Notes under the pieces: model-generated
The model's input: the letters and a program-made list of their open reading frames with translations, nothing else
What the model was told of the DNA's origin: nothing
Databases searched by the model: none
Made by a program: the position numbers and the translations under genes
Assembly: GCA_963665125.2 (NCBI GenBank)
Contig: CAXXUK010000001.1
Location: forward strand, 3,136,001 to 3,200,000
Source of the DNA: an uncultured Desulfarculus sp.
GTDB lineage: Bacteria > Desulfobacterota > Desulfarculia > Desulfarculales > Desulfarculaceae
DNA: 64,000 bases
Direction of reading: 5' to 3'
Part shown: in pieces, positions 19,239 through 29,974 of the stretch
How the letters are laid out: every line of letters starts with the position of its first letter
How positions within the stretch are numbered: position 1 is the first letter of the stretch

Positions 19239-20246
19239 ATGGTCCGCATTGGAATCAACGGCTTCGGACGTATCGGACGCCAGGTTTTCAAGGCGATCTT
19301 GGAACGGCACCCCGGTGAACTGGAAGTGGTGGCCGTCAATGATCTGTGCGATGTCGAGACCAGCGCGCATCTTTTAAAGTACGACAGCAGCTATGGTGTA
19401 TACGACAAAGAGGTCAGCGCCTCGGCGGGCCGCATCACCGTTGGCGGCAAGGACATCAAATATATCAGCAACGCTGATCCCGCCCTTATTCCCTGGGGCG
19501 ACATGGGTGTGGATATCGTGGTGGAGAGCACCGGCCGCTTCCGCACCGGCGACACCGCCTCGGCCCACATCAAGGGCGGCTGCAAGAAGGTAATCATCAG
19601 CGCTCCGGGCAAGGAGATCGACGCCACGTTCGTCATGGGCGTCAACCACGAGGACTTTGACCCGGCCAAGCACAACGTCGTGTCCAACGCTTCATGCACC
19701 ACCAACTGCCTGGCCCCGCCGGCCAAGCTGCTTCACGAGGCATTCGGCATCAAAAACGGCCTTATGACCACGGTGCACGCCTATACATCGGACCAGCGTA
19801 TTCTGGATGCCCCGCACAAGGACCTGCGCCGGGCCCGCACGGCGGGGGAAAGCATCATCCCCACCACCACCGGCGCGGCCAAGGCCGTGGCCCTGGTCAT
19901 CCCCGACCTCAAGGGCCGCTTCGACGGCATCAGCCTGCGCGTGCCCACACCCACGGTCAGCGTTGTGGACCTTACCTTTACCACGGAAAAGCCCATAACC
20001 ACCGAGGCCATGCACGAAGTGCTGATCAAGGCCGCCGAGGGTCCGCTCAAGGGCATTTTGTCCTGCGAAGCCAAGCCCCTGGTCAGCATCGACTTCAAGG
20101 GCAACCCCAACAGCTCCATCGTGGACCTGGAGTTCACCACGGCCCAGGACGGCGGGTTGGCCAAACTGATGTCCTGGTACGACAACGAGTGGGGTTATTC
20201 CTGCCGCGTCTCCGATCTGGCCGCCTACATGGGCAGCAAGATGTAG
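19239..20246 (+). CDS. gap: Type I glyceraldehyde-3-phosphate dehydrogenase
   Basis: [27 protein letters not shown]. Confidence 0.97.
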   Translation: MVRIGINGFGRIGRQVFKAILERHPGELEVVAVNDLCDVETSAHLLKYDSSYGVYDKEVSASAGRITVGGKDIKYISNADPALIPWGDMGVDIVVESTGRFRTGDTASAHIKGGCKKVIISAPGKEIDATFVMGVNHEDFDPAKHNVVSNASCTTNCLAPPAKLLHEAFGIKNGLMTTVHAYTSDQRILDAPHKDLRRARTAGESIIPTTTGAAKAVALVIPDLKGRFDGISLRVPTPTVSVVDLTFTTEKPITTEAMHEVLIKAAEGPLKGILSCEAKPLVSIDFKGNPNSSIVDLEFTTAQDGGLAKLMSWYDNEWGYSCRVSDLAAYMGSKM

Positions 20247-20264
20247 CCAAGGCATAGCCAAGAC

Positions 20265-20300
20265 AAAACCCCGGGGCCTGGCCGCCTCGGGGTTTTTTGT
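20265..20300. terminator. Bidirectional intrinsic terminator
   Basis: aaaaccccggggc...gcctcggggtttttt. Confidence 0.75.
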
Positions 20301-20358
20301 TATGTTCGCTTTGCCCGGAGCCGCCGCCAGGCGCTCCGGGCGTGTTTAGTGGCGCGGG

Positions 20359-22521
20359 TTAGAACTCCTCAAAGCCTTCCAGGTCCACGCCCTCAAAGAA
20401 ATCATCATTATTCGCCGCCGTCCGCTCTTTTTTGGCGGGTTCTTTGGGCTCGGGCCGCGCGTCCTGCTTGGGCGCCGGGGTCGGCTTGGGCGCCGGCGGC
20501 GTTTTATGCCCTGCAACCGCCGCCTTGGGTGGGGGCAGGACAGCCCTTTTAGGAGGCTCAACGACCTGGGACGGATACGGCTCAAACTGTTCTTCCTGTT
20601 CATCGATTCGGAATTGCCCCATTTGCAGCAGAAGGTCCTGGGCGGCGGAGGCCATTTCCTCGGAACTGCTGGCCGCCTCCTCCACCAGGGCCGCGTTGCG
20701 CTGAATCACATCGTCCATCTGGATAACGGCCTTGTTGACCTCGTCGATTCCCCGGGCCTGCTCCTGGGACGCCGCGGTGATTTCGGCTATGGTGTCGGCC
20801 ACGACCTGGACGTTTTTAATGATATCTCCGAGTAGAGCGCCGCTGCTTGTGACCAGCTCGTTGCCCAATTCCACCTTTTCCTGGCTGTCGGAGATAAGGG
20901 CCTGGATCTCCTTGGCCGCGTTGGCGCTCCGTCCCGCCAGGTTGCGCACCTCGCCCGCCACCACGGCAAAGCCCCTGCCCGCCTCACCGGCCCTGGCCGC
21001 CTCCACCGCGGCGTTGAGGGCCAGCAGGTTGGTCTGGAAGGCGATTTCGTTTACCACGGTAATAATGTCGGCGATTTTGCGGCTGCTGCCGGTTAACGCT
21101 GCCATGGCCTCCATTGTGCGTTTGACGGCCTGATCGCCTTCCTGTGCCATCTGAGCCGTACGCCGAGCCAGTTGATTGGCCTGGCGCGAGTTGTCCGCAT
21201 TGTTGCGCACGCTGGCGGTCATCTCCTCAAGGCTGCTTGCGGTCTCCTGGATTGCGCTGGCCTGTTCCTGGGTGCGCTGACTAAGGTCCTGGTTTCCGGC
21301 GCTGATTTGGTCGGCCGCGCCGCTGACCAGGCCCGCTGATTGAATAACGCCGCGCACGGTGTCCGACAGGCTTTCGGTCATCCGCTGTACGTCTCTGAGC
21401 ATCTGGCCCAGCTCATCCTGCCTGTCGAGGTGCTTTCGCCGCACCTTGTAGGTGAAATCGCCCCTAGCGGCAGTGCTCACGGCTTTGGCCGTGGTCTTTA
21501 CGGGTATGATGATCATGCGGGTGATGGCAACGGCAATCAAAAAGCCCAGCAACAACGCGGCGGCCAACCCGATGATCATGATCCATGAAGCCCTGGCCAG
21601 ATTTTCCGAGGCTTTGTCGGCAATTTTTTTTGTCTTAGTTATGCCCGACGAAGCCGTCAGGCGGATCGCACCAAGAAGTTCATCAACATATTCGCGCCGC
21701 TGTTCGGTGATTCTGTCGTTGTCCTTCCAAAGATCACCCAGTTGTTTCATGCTTTCTTTGTAGTCATCCGCGGCCTCATCTATGCTGGCGAGTTGATCCT
21801 TGTTGACCTGCTGATCGGTGATCAATCTTGCATTGGCAACCAATTGTTTTATTTCATCGAACTTGGTAGAGGCCTGTTCCAACTGCTCCAAGTTGTGCAT
21901 GGCCTGGGCTTTGAAGTTGGCTATGCGGATTTCATCGCCGGCGGTGATTATGTTGTTCGCAATAATGATTTTTCTCAACCGCCTGTTGCCGTCATATGCC
22001 GCTGCCGCCCGGTTTTCCTGTTTAACGGCGTCGTATTGGCTTTCCAGGTATGCATTGGTGTTTTTCACGAAAAGCTTGGCGGCTTTATCCAGATTCCACC
22101 GGTTTTCTGCAATCTTGCGTTTGTTTTCAATAGTCTTGGTCACCTGTTGGCGGTATCCGGCCAAAGTCTTTTCGATTACATCAAGACTTTTTCCGAGGTC
22201 TGCCAGCTGCGGGTATTTGGCAACCAGCCGCCTGGCGGTGATCAAACTTACATCCACCCTGATCAAGGCATCATTGCCCTGTTTCAGTTGGGTTGGATCG
22301 TTGTAGTAATTAAAACCGCGATGCTTGAACACCGCCCCCAGGACGCTTCGCTCAATCTCATTGGCAACGTCGACCTCGGGGACATAGGCTTGGTCGAGCA
22401 AATCCGATTCCCTGCCTGCGTCAATCATGCTGTAAATTGCCAAGCCACCCAGAAGCATGGAAATAGCAATCAATAGGCCGAACCCAATACTGATTTTTGT
22501 GCCTATTTTAAATTTGGTCAT
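20359..22521 (-). CDS. Methyl-accepting chemotaxis protein
   Basis: TM-periplasmic helical sensor-[37 protein letters not shown]-terminal pentapeptide-like GFEEF. True start MTKFKIG, not 23559. Confidence 0.95.
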   Translation of the reverse strand: MTKFKIGTKISIGFGLLIAISMLLGGLAIYSMIDAGRESDLLDQAYVPEVDVANEIERSVLGAVFKHRGFNYYNDPTQLKQGNDALIRVDVSLITARRLVAKYPQLADLGKSLDVIEKTLAGYRQQVTKTIENKRKIAENRWNLDKAAKLFVKNTNAYLESQYDAVKQENRAAAAYDGNRRLRKIIIANNIITAGDEIRIANFKAQAMHNLEQLEQASTKFDEIKQLVANARLITDQQVNKDQLASIDEAADDYKESMKQLGDLWKDNDRITEQRREYVDELLGAIRLTASSGITKTKKIADKASENLARASWIMIIGLAAALLLGFLIAVAITRMIIIPVKTTAKAVSTAARGDFTYKVRRKHLDRQDELGQMLRDVQRMTESLSDTVRGVIQSAGLVSGAADQISAGNQDLSQRTQEQASAIQETASSLEEMTASVRNNADNSRQANQLARRTAQMAQEGDQAVKRTMEAMAALTGSSRKIADIITVVNEIAFQTNLLALNAAVEAARAGEAGRGFAVVAGEVRNLAGRSANAAKEIQALISDSQEKVELGNELVTSSGALLGDIIKNVQVVADTIAEITAASQEQARGIDEVNKAVIQMDDVIQRNAALVEEAASSSEEMASAAQDLLLQMGQFRIDEQEEQFEPYPSQVVEPPKRAVLPPPKAAVAGHKTPPAPKPTPAPKQDARPEPKEPAKKERTAANNDDFFEGVDLEGFEEF

Positions 22522-22653
22522 ACTAAGCCCCGGGCTAAAGGTAGAATTGCGGCAACAATACCTATCACGCATTATGCTGATATTATGGTTCATTGTCCAC
22601 CGCAAGGCGCAACCGCACCTCAAGGGCAGATGGTATGCGCATTGGAATTGCAC

Positions 22654-23598
22654 ATGGCTGATAGAAAATTCGCCCCGCCGGAGGCCTACCGCAAGGCGGC
22701 AAGCAGGCTGCGCCGTTGGCTGCGGGCCTGCGTTCTTTGCCCCAGGGCATGCCGGGTCGACCGCCTGGCCGGAGAGCGGGGCTATTGCCGGGCCGCGGAA
22801 AAGGCCGTGGTAAATACGGCCCAGCTTCATCCGGGCGAAGAGCCGCCCATTAGCGGCCACAAAGGCTCGGGCACCGTGTTTTTCGCGGGCTGCACTCTGG
22901 GCTGCCGCTTTTGCCAGAACTACCGGATCAGCCAGGAAGGCTGGGGCGAGGAACTCAGCGACCAACAGCTGGCCGAACTTTTTCTGGAGTTGCAAAGCGC
23001 CGGGGCCCACAACATCAATCTGGTGACGCCCACGCCGCATCTGGCGGCTATTCTGGAGGCCCTGGCCATTGCCAGGGAAAAGGGTCTGGCCATACCCATC
23101 GTTTACAACACCAGCGGCTATGAGCGGGCGGCGACCATCCGCGCCCTTGACGGGCTTATAGAGATATATATGCCCGACTTCAAATACGCCGACGACCAAG
23201 CGGCCCAGCGACTGTCCGACGCCAAGGATTACGTGCGCCACGCCAGCGCCTCCCTGGAGGAGATGTTCAGCCAGGTGGGCAATTTGCGGTTCGACGACAA
23301 CGGCGTGGCCACCGAAGGCGTGCTGGTGCGCCATCTTGTGCTGCCCAACGGCCTGGCCGGTACCAGGTGGGTTTTGGGCGAACTGGTTCGCATCTGCGGC
23401 AGAAACGTCGCGGTCAGCCTGATGAGCCAGTATTTCCCGACTCACAAGGCCATGCAGACCAAGGGCATCGACAGGCCCATCACCAACGCCGAATACGCCG
23501 AGGCCCGCCAGGCCATGGACGATGCGGGCATCCGCCTGGGCTTTGTCCAAAGCCTCCATTCGGCCAATGATGAGCTTGTACCGCGCTTCAGACGCTAA
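22654..23598 (+). CDS. Radical SAM protein (PflX-like)
   Basis: [44 protein letters not shown]. Confidence 0.9.
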   Translation: MADRKFAPPEAYRKAASRLRRWLRACVLCPRACRVDRLAGERGYCRAAEKAVVNTAQLHPGEEPPISGHKGSGTVFFAGCTLGCRFCQNYRISQEGWGEELSDQQLAELFLELQSAGAHNINLVTPTPHLAAILEALAIAREKGLAIPIVYNTSGYERAATIRALDGLIEIYMPDFKYADDQAAQRLSDAKDYVRHASASLEEMFSQVGNLRFDDNGVATEGVLVRHLVLPNGLAGTRWVLGELVRICGRNVAVSLMSQYFPTHKAMQTKGIDRPITNAEYAEARQAMDDAGIRLGFVQSLHSANDELVPRFRR

Positions 23599-23690
23599 AT
23601 ATACCTTGGCTCAAGCCGCCGTATCGTGGCATCTTCTGGAGACCCGTTCCATAATGGCAACTACTTCTTGGCGGGAGTGATTTCATTTCA

Positions 23691-24995
23691 ATGAGTCGCG
23701 AGCACTGGTCATCCGGACTTGGATTTATTCTGGCCTGCGTGGGCTGCGCCATCGGCCTGGGCAACATCTGGCTTTTCCCCTGGCGGTTCAGCGCCTTTGG
23801 CGGCGTCACCTTTCTGGTGCCCTATTTATTGTTCACCTTCTTCCTGGTCATCTTCGGCCTGATGGCCGAGCTGGCCCTGGGCCGCAAGGCCCAAAGCGGC
23901 ACCATCGGCGCATTCGAAGCGGTCTATCCGCCCCAAAAGCGCAACCTGGCCAGACTCACGGGCTGGTACCAGATCATCGCCCAGACCGGGCTTACGGTCT
24001 TTTACCTGGTGGTCATGGGCTGGCTGTTCCGCTACACCTATCTGGCCCTCAGTGGAAAACTTTACGTTAAAGGCTTGGCGGACGGATTCGGCCAATTCAG
24101 CGGCAGCGGGGCGGTGGTGCCCTGGCATATCCTGGCCGTGGCCGTATGCACCGGCGTGGTGGCCCTGGGCGTAAAGGGCGGCCTGGAACGCCTCAACAAG
24201 CTGGCTATGCCCCTGTTGTTCGTCCTTTTGGCGGCCCTGCTGATCCGCACCCTGACCCTGCCCGGCGCGGGAGAGGGCCTGGCCAGCATGTTCCAGCCCA
24301 AGTGGCATCTTCTGGCCTCGTCGGAAATATGGGTCATGGCCTTGGGCCAAAGCTTCTTCACGGTGAGCCTGGGCGGCATGCTGATCTACGGCTCCTATCT
24401 GACCCGAAGCGTGGATCTGCCCAAGGCCTCGTTCTGGATCGTCAGCACCAATTTCGCCGCCTCCATGCTGGCCGCCCTGATCATCATACCGGCGGCCCAC
24501 TCCTTTGGCCTGGACATGACCCGTGGCCCCGGCCTGCTTTTTTTGACCATGCCCGAGATTTTCAAGCAGATGCCCGCGGGCGTTTTTTTCGGGGGCCTGT
24601 TTTTCATCAGCGTGCTTTTGGCCGGCGTCTCATCGGCGGTGAACCTCATTGAAGTGCCCACCGAGGCTTTGATGCACGCCTTTGGCCTGCGCAGGCCCTC
24701 CGCGGCCCTGGTGATTGGGCTGGTCTGTCTGGCCGTGGGCCTGCCCCTGGCCGTGAGTATGCCCCGCTTCGGGCTTTTCGTGGACACGGTGACGGTGTAC
24801 CTGTACCCCCTGGGCGTGTTGACCATAGCCATCGCCTCGGCCTGGGTCTGGGGCAAGGGCCGGGCCCGGCGGGAGCTGGCCCTTGGGTCATCCATCAGCA
24901 TCGGCCCGTGGTATGACGGCTATCTGCGATATGTTTTCGTGGGTGTGTGCATAGCCGTCATAATCCTGCACGTCAGCTACGGCGGCATTGGCTGA
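23691..24995 (+). CDS. Sodium-dependent transporter, NSS family
   Basis: GCAIGLGNIWLFP, ALGQSFF, GPGLLF motifs. Confidence 0.9.
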   Translation: MSREHWSSGLGFILACVGCAIGLGNIWLFPWRFSAFGGVTFLVPYLLFTFFLVIFGLMAELALGRKAQSGTIGAFEAVYPPQKRNLARLTGWYQIIAQTGLTVFYLVVMGWLFRYTYLALSGKLYVKGLADGFGQFSGSGAVVPWHILAVAVCTGVVALGVKGGLERLNKLAMPLLFVLLAALLIRTLTLPGAGEGLASMFQPKWHLLASSEIWVMALGQSFFTVSLGGMLIYGSYLTRSVDLPKASFWIVSTNFAASMLAALIIIPAAHSFGLDMTRGPGLLFLTMPEIFKQMPAGVFFGGLFFISVLLAGVSSAVNLIEVPTEALMHAFGLRRPSAALVIGLVCLAVGLPLAVSMPRFGLFVDTVTVYLYPLGVLTIAIASAWVWGKGRARRELALGSSISIGPWYDGYLRYVFVGVCIAVIILHVSYGGIG

Positions 24996-25018
24996 GCTTT
25001 TCCGCTACACTTGGCTCC

Positions 25019-25657
25019 ATGACCGACAACCGTCCTCAAAAAATCCTGGTTTTTCAACAAAACCACTCGGGCGAGGCCAAGGTCCGGGGCATCGGCCAAT
25101 ACGGCGGCCAGGGCTTTGACCTGGAGCTTATACCCGTCACCGGCGCCCTGCCCGAATTCGTGGAAGATCCGGAAAAACATCTGCCCAAAAAAATCCGGGC
25201 CGATCTGGTCCTGGACTATCTAAAGCACCCGGATCTGTCCCTGGAGTTGGCCCATATTTGCCGGCGCAACAACGTGCCAGTGGTGGCTTCGGGCAAAAAA
25301 TGGCGTCTGCACGGCGTCATGTCCCCGCCCACCTGCTGCGCCCTGCCCGAAGACCCCGGCCTGGGCCGCTATGGCCAATGTTTCGGCACGCCAAAGTTCG
25401 AGCTTACGCTCAAAGGCGGCGCAATCGAGCAATGCCGGGTCCTGCGTGGAGCGCCCTGCGGGGCCACCTGGCAGGCTGCCGAGCAAATGTCCGGGGTGCC
25501 CGTGGCGGACGCCTGCCGCTCCATGGGCCTGATCAGCCAGTTTCACTGCGTGGCCGATTCGGCTGCCTGGGACCCCATCTCCGGCAAGAGCCCGGTGCAC
25601 ATCGCCGCCGAACTGCACGAAGCGGCCATGCGTAAGGCTCTTAAAAATTCTTTGTAA
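25019..25657 (+). CDS. DUF166 family protein
   Basis: LPEFVEDP, HPDL, PPTCCAL, VLRGAPCGAT, H.AAE.H. Confidence 0.75.
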   Translation: MTDNRPQKILVFQQNHSGEAKVRGIGQYGGQGFDLELIPVTGALPEFVEDPEKHLPKKIRADLVLDYLKHPDLSLELAHICRRNNVPVVASGKKWRLHGVMSPPTCCALPEDPGLGRYGQCFGTPKFELTLKGGAIEQCRVLRGAPCGATWQAAEQMSGVPVADACRSMGLISQFHCVADSAAWDPISGKSPVHIAAELHEAAMRKALKNSL

Positions 25658-25737
25658 TCCCACCGGACTCCCGCGCGTCCCCCTAGTATACTTGCCGTTA
25701 TAGGCGTCAATGTTTGACCGCACCAAAGGCCTCTGGC

Positions 25738-27252
25738 ATGAACCTACTTTTCTGGTTTCAAAAACGCTTCCGCCGTCCCCACGACGAGCATCTTGCCCAG
25801 ACCTTCTACAACATGGGCAACCAGTTGGCCAAGACCGGCCAGGCCACCGAGGCCCTGGAAAAATACCGTCAGGCATTGGATATTTTCAGCGATCTGCGCC
25901 AAAAGCAGCCTGAAAAATTCAATTACGATTTAGCCAAGACGAGCAGTCGACTGGGCCTGTTGCTGGGAGAAATGGGCCGCTACGAAGAGTCGGCCTCAGC
26001 CCACCTCCAGGCCCTGGAGATATTCCGGAATCTGGCCCAAAAGCGCCCTGGGCAACACCTGGTCGACGTTGCCGATTCCTGCAACAACCTTGGCATCAAT
26101 TTGGCCGCCTGGGGCCGCCCGGCCGAAGCCTCCGATTATTATCTGGAGGCCTTGGGTCTCTACCGCGACCTGGACAAAATCAGACCGGGCTCATACATCG
26201 CCAAAATAGCCCACGTTCAAACCAACCTGGGCAATCTGCTGGCCCGCCAAGGCCATGTCCAAGAGGCCAAGGACATGTATTTCCAGGCCATGGACGTTCT
26301 AATCAAGCTGGCCGCCGAGGCACCCCGGCAACACCAGGAAACCCTGGCCGTGACCTGCAATAACCTGGCCGCTCTGCTCACGGGCCTGGAGGACTACGAA
26401 CCGGCCCGGCAGCTATACCAACAATGCCTGGATATGCGCCGCCAGATGGAAGCCGACGCTCCGGGGAACCACCGCTGCGACCTGGCCCAGGTTCTCAATA
26501 ACCTGGGCAACCTGCGGGCCAAGCAAAATCAATACGCCCAAGCTGCGGAATATCTCGGCGAGGCCATGGAAATCATGCGCCAATTGGCCAGGGAGGAACC
26601 GGCGCTGCACCTGGACCAATACGCCACCGCCTGCCACAATCTGGGGGCCGTCCGGGCGGACATGGGCCATGTAGACATGGCGGAAAAGCTTTACTCACGG
26701 GCCCTGGAGATCCGCCGCAAGCTGGCCAAGGGGCAGCCTGAGCAAATGGCGCCTTACGTGGCCGTCAGCGCGAACTATCTTGGCCTGCTTTACTGTGAAA
26801 CCAACCGCCTGGCCCAAGCCGCCCCCATGTTGGCCGAGGCCCTGCGGAACTATTTCTGGCTATACCGGCGGGACCAACAGATCTACCGGAAAAACCTCTT
26901 TTTCGTACTCAAGCTCATCGAGGACATGGCGGGCAGTCACGGTTTCAACGGGCAGCGCCAGTGGCTCGGCGAGCTTTGGCAAGACATGTTGCAGCGGTTT
27001 GAATGCAATCTGGTCTACATCGCCGACGACCTGGCCGATATTTTCCGCAAGTTCCAGGCCGACGATTTGGCCCTGGAGGCCCGGGTGTTCATCAAAATTG
27101 CCCTGGATGACATGCACCACGAGCAGGCCGGCCAGGCCGCCGAGGACCTGGACGCCATTTGCGCCGAGCTGGGTCCCTGGGCCGCCAAGGCCCGACCCGA
27201 ACTGGAGCGGCGCTTGCAGCCTTTTTCAAGCGCCGAACGCACCGTTCACTGA
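25738..27252 (+). CDS. TPR protein (kinesin-light-chain-like repeats)
   Basis: About 8 repeats of A...NNLG..L...G...EA...Y..AL...R.LA. Confidence 0.85.
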   Translation: MNLLFWFQKRFRRPHDEHLAQTFYNMGNQLAKTGQATEALEKYRQALDIFSDLRQKQPEKFNYDLAKTSSRLGLLLGEMGRYEESASAHLQALEIFRNLAQKRPGQHLVDVADSCNNLGINLAAWGRPAEASDYYLEALGLYRDLDKIRPGSYIAKIAHVQTNLGNLLARQGHVQEAKDMYFQAMDVLIKLAAEAPRQHQETLAVTCNNLAALLTGLEDYEPARQLYQQCLDMRRQMEADAPGNHRCDLAQVLNNLGNLRAKQNQYAQAAEYLGEAMEIMRQLAREEPALHLDQYATACHNLGAVRADMGHVDMAEKLYSRALEIRRKLAKGQPEQMAPYVAVSANYLGLLYCETNRLAQAAPMLAEALRNYFWLYRRDQQIYRKNLFFVLKLIEDMAGSHGFNGQRQWLGELWQDMLQRFECNLVYIADDLADIFRKFQADDLALEARVFIKIALDDMHHEQAGQAAEDLDAICAELGPWAAKARPELERRLQPFSSAERTVH

Positions 27253-27281
27253 GCCGCAGACCAGCCCGCCCGATACGACGC

Positions 27282-27321
27282 GAAACCCCGGAGGCATTAC
27301 AACCTCCGGGGCTTTTCTTTT
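27282..27321. terminator. Intrinsic terminator
   Basis: ccccggagg-cattacaa-cctccgggg plus cttttctttt. Confidence 0.7.
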
Positions 27322-27342
27322 GGTTCCGGCGTCCGCCGAGGT

Positions 27343-29214
27343 TTAGACCTCGTTCTCCTTGAACGGCATATCCAGTTCGTACACGCCGCCGTCCAGCCGA
27401 GCCTTGACCGAAAGGCCGCTGTGCTCGAAGACCTTCATCATCGAGACGTTGTTGGCCAAGACATCGGCGGTAAAGCCCTTGAGGCCGTGCTTCCTGGCCG
27501 CGACTTTCAGCAGCTTGAGCATCAGCGAAGCCAGCCCCCTGCCCTGATATTGCTCGTCGACGACAAAGGCCACATCGGCATAGGGCCTGTCTTCATGGCG
27601 CACGTAGCGGGCCTCGCCGATGATATGGCCCTGGCCCGGCCGGCCCAGCAGAGCCACTATGGACATTGTCTTGCGGTAGTCGACATTGACGTATTCCTGC
27701 ATCTTGGAGTGGGGCATGCTCTTGATGGGGCTGAAATAGCGGTAGTACACCGACTGATCCGAAAACCGGTAGAACAGCTGGCGCATCTCGTCTTCGTCCG
27801 ACGGCCTGATGGCCCTGAAACGCACCAGCAGGTCGCCCTTGACCGTGTGTTCCTCGGTGAACTCGTCGGGATAAAGATGGGCGCTGTCGGCCAGGTATAT
27901 CTGGTCCTTGTAAATGATATTGGCTTGTTTGGCCTGTTCCACCAGGGCCGGTCTGTCGCCGGGATGGGCGATGTCGATCATGGCCTGGGCCCGTTCGCGC
28001 AGGCTGCGGCCCTGCATGTTGGCCACTCCGTATTCGGTGATGATCATATCCACCGACTCGCGCATGCCGAACAGGTTGGGGTAGCCCTGGATGTCCATGA
28101 CGATGTTTGCGTCGCCGTCGCGGTTTCGGCTGGGCAGGGCGAATATGGTCTTGCCGCCGTGTGACAGCTCGGCGCCGTTGATGAAGTCGGCGGCCTCGCC
28201 CGTCTCGGCCACGATGTTGCCCTTGCCGGCATGAAGGGCCACCCGGCCGCTGAGGTCAACCTTGCGGGCGGGGAAGATGGCCATGAAGTTGCGGTTCTTG
28301 CCGATTTGCACCGGGTCGAAGACCTTGTCGATGCCCTGGAAATCAACCATCGGATTCTTATCCAGCCACAGCATCAATTCCTTGGTGCCCAGGGCGTAGG
28401 AGGCCAGACAGCGGCCCTTAAATGAATGCTTGTACCGGTTGGTGACCGCGCCGCTGACGACCAGGTCCATCATGGAGTCGGTGAAAAACGCCGTGTGGAC
28501 GCCCAGATTCTTTTTTCGCACCAAGTGCTTGGTCAGCGATTCGTACAGCGGGCCCAAACTGTAGCTCAGGCAGGCTCCGTCTTCGATGACCGACGACACG
28601 TTGCCCGCCACCCGGTCGAAAACCTCGTCGGTGGGCCAGCGCGCGAAATAGATCGGCGCCTCCTTGCCCTCGATGAGATAGTCGAAATCGGAAAGGGGAA
28701 CAAAGGTGTCGCCATAGGTCATGGGCACCTGTTCATTTATTTCGCCGATAAGAATGTCGGCCTGGTCCATGACCATCCGGGCCACGTCCACTGCCATGCC
28801 CAGAGAGCAATACCCGGCCTCGTTGGGCGGGGTTATCTGGATCACGGCCACATCCGAGCGCAGACGGCCCTGCTTGATCAACAGGGGCAACCTGGCAAAA
28901 CGGCTGGGAATAAGGTCGACCTGGCCCATGGCGATTGGGTCGCTGGCTATCCAGCCGGAAAAAAAGGTGCGCAGTCTGAACTTGTAGGAACTAAGCGTGT
29001 TGCGGGTGACGGCATCGCCAAGGCTGACCAGTTGGACCAATTCCAGGTCCTGCACATTGACGCTTTCGCTGCCGAGCAGGGTCTTGATAAATGTGCGGGG
29101 TTCGGCCACGCCGGTGCTGATGAACACGCTCATGCCTGGTTCGAGCTTGCTGATCACTGTTTCCGGCGCAACAGTCTTTTGGCGCCAATCGTCTTTAGGC
29201 TTTCGTAGCAGCAT
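27343..29214 (-). CDS. Acetyl-CoA hydrolase/transferase-like domain fused to GNAT acetyltransferase
   Basis: N-term class I CoA-transferase-like (GYCSLG, EINEQVP, ITEYGVA..G.S..ERA); C-term GNAT (VYYRYFS, YQGRGLA, N..M..VF). Confidence 0.88.
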   Translation of the reverse strand: MLLRKPKDDWRQKTVAPETVISKLEPGMSVFISTGVAEPRTFIKTLLGSESVNVQDLELVQLVSLGDAVTRNTLSSYKFRLRTFFSGWIASDPIAMGQVDLIPSRFARLPLLIKQGRLRSDVAVIQITPPNEAGYCSLGMAVDVARMVMDQADILIGEINEQVPMTYGDTFVPLSDFDYLIEGKEAPIYFARWPTDEVFDRVAGNVSSVIEDGACLSYSLGPLYESLTKHLVRKKNLGVHTAFFTDSMMDLVVSGAVTNRYKHSFKGRCLASYALGTKELMLWLDKNPMVDFQGIDKVFDPVQIGKNRNFMAIFPARKVDLSGRVALHAGKGNIVAETGEAADFINGAELSHGGKTIFALPSRNRDGDANIVMDIQGYPNLFGMRESVDMIITEYGVANMQGRSLRERAQAMIDIAHPGDRPALVEQAKQANIIYKDQIYLADSAHLYPDEFTEEHTVKGDLLVRFRAIRPSDEDEMRQLFYRFSDQSVYYRYFSPIKSMPHSKMQEYVNVDYRKTMSIVALLGRPGQGHIIGEARYVRHEDRPYADVAFVVDEQYQGRGLASLMLKLLKVAARKHGLKGFTADVLANNVSMMKVFEHSGLSVKARLDGGVYELDMPFKENEV

Positions 29215-29482
29215 GTTTATTTATCTCCCGCGGCGGGGCCGCGCTTGCGGATCGAACACAGGGGCGTTGTTTCATTATGTACCGCTTGTCCGGCCTGCAA
29301 ACAACAATCTTTCGTCTATTTAGGGGCATTTTTGTGAATTAATACACATAACGAGCGCTCTATTTACACCTGCCCGGCGCCTTTCTTTTTTATCCGCTAA
29401 TTGGTATATGAATTGGTGACATGAAATTGGCCCGGCTTGATTCGCGTGAGCCAGGGGGGAACAGCAAGCCAAAGGTTAAAGC

Positions 29483-29848
29483 ATGCGCTCAATGCACATC
29501 ATTTACCGTGTAATCCTAACTATTTCCATTTTTTGGGTCGTGTGGTGCTCCGCCGCCGCCGCCGCGGAGCTGGTCGTGGAGGTGCTGGACAACACCGGCG
29601 ATCCGGTGGCCGGGGCGACCGTCAACGCCACCGGCAAGGCATTTAAGAACCATAGCCCAACCGACGAAGCAGGATACGCCTTTTTCCGGGATGTCCCAAA
29701 AATCATCGTAGACATCACCGTGGGGCTCGAGGGATTCACCCAGGAAAGCGCGGTGGTGGACATGCGCCTGAACCGTTCCAGGGAGGTCAAGGTCGTCCTG
29801 ACCCAGGTGGTCGGCCTGGAAGAATTGCTGAATCTACCGTCTCCCTAG
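29483..29848 (+). CDS. Secreted carboxypeptidase-regulatory-like domain protein
   Basis: Signal peptide; V.D..G.PV.GATV...TDEAG.A.F. Confidence 0.65.
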   Translation: MRSMHIIYRVILTISIFWVVWCSAAAAAELVVEVLDNTGDPVAGATVNATGKAFKNHSPTDEAGYAFFRDVPKIIVDITVGLEGFTQESAVVDMRLNRSREVKVVLTQVVGLEELLNLPSP

Positions 29849-29974
29849 CGGAAAATTGAAATCATACCGCCTGAAGTATGAAAGCCGCCCGGCCAAAGCG
29901 AGGTTTGGCCGGGCAGCCTTGTTTGCATTTCCGGGTCGGAACCGAATTCATCGGCCGGGCTCCGTTACGCCCCG

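Noticed and set aside
20359..23559. 1066-aa ORF suggesting an MCP with a long N-terminal extension
   Set aside because: The first ~346 aa are the antisense shadow of the radical SAM gene; the MCP starts at 22521.
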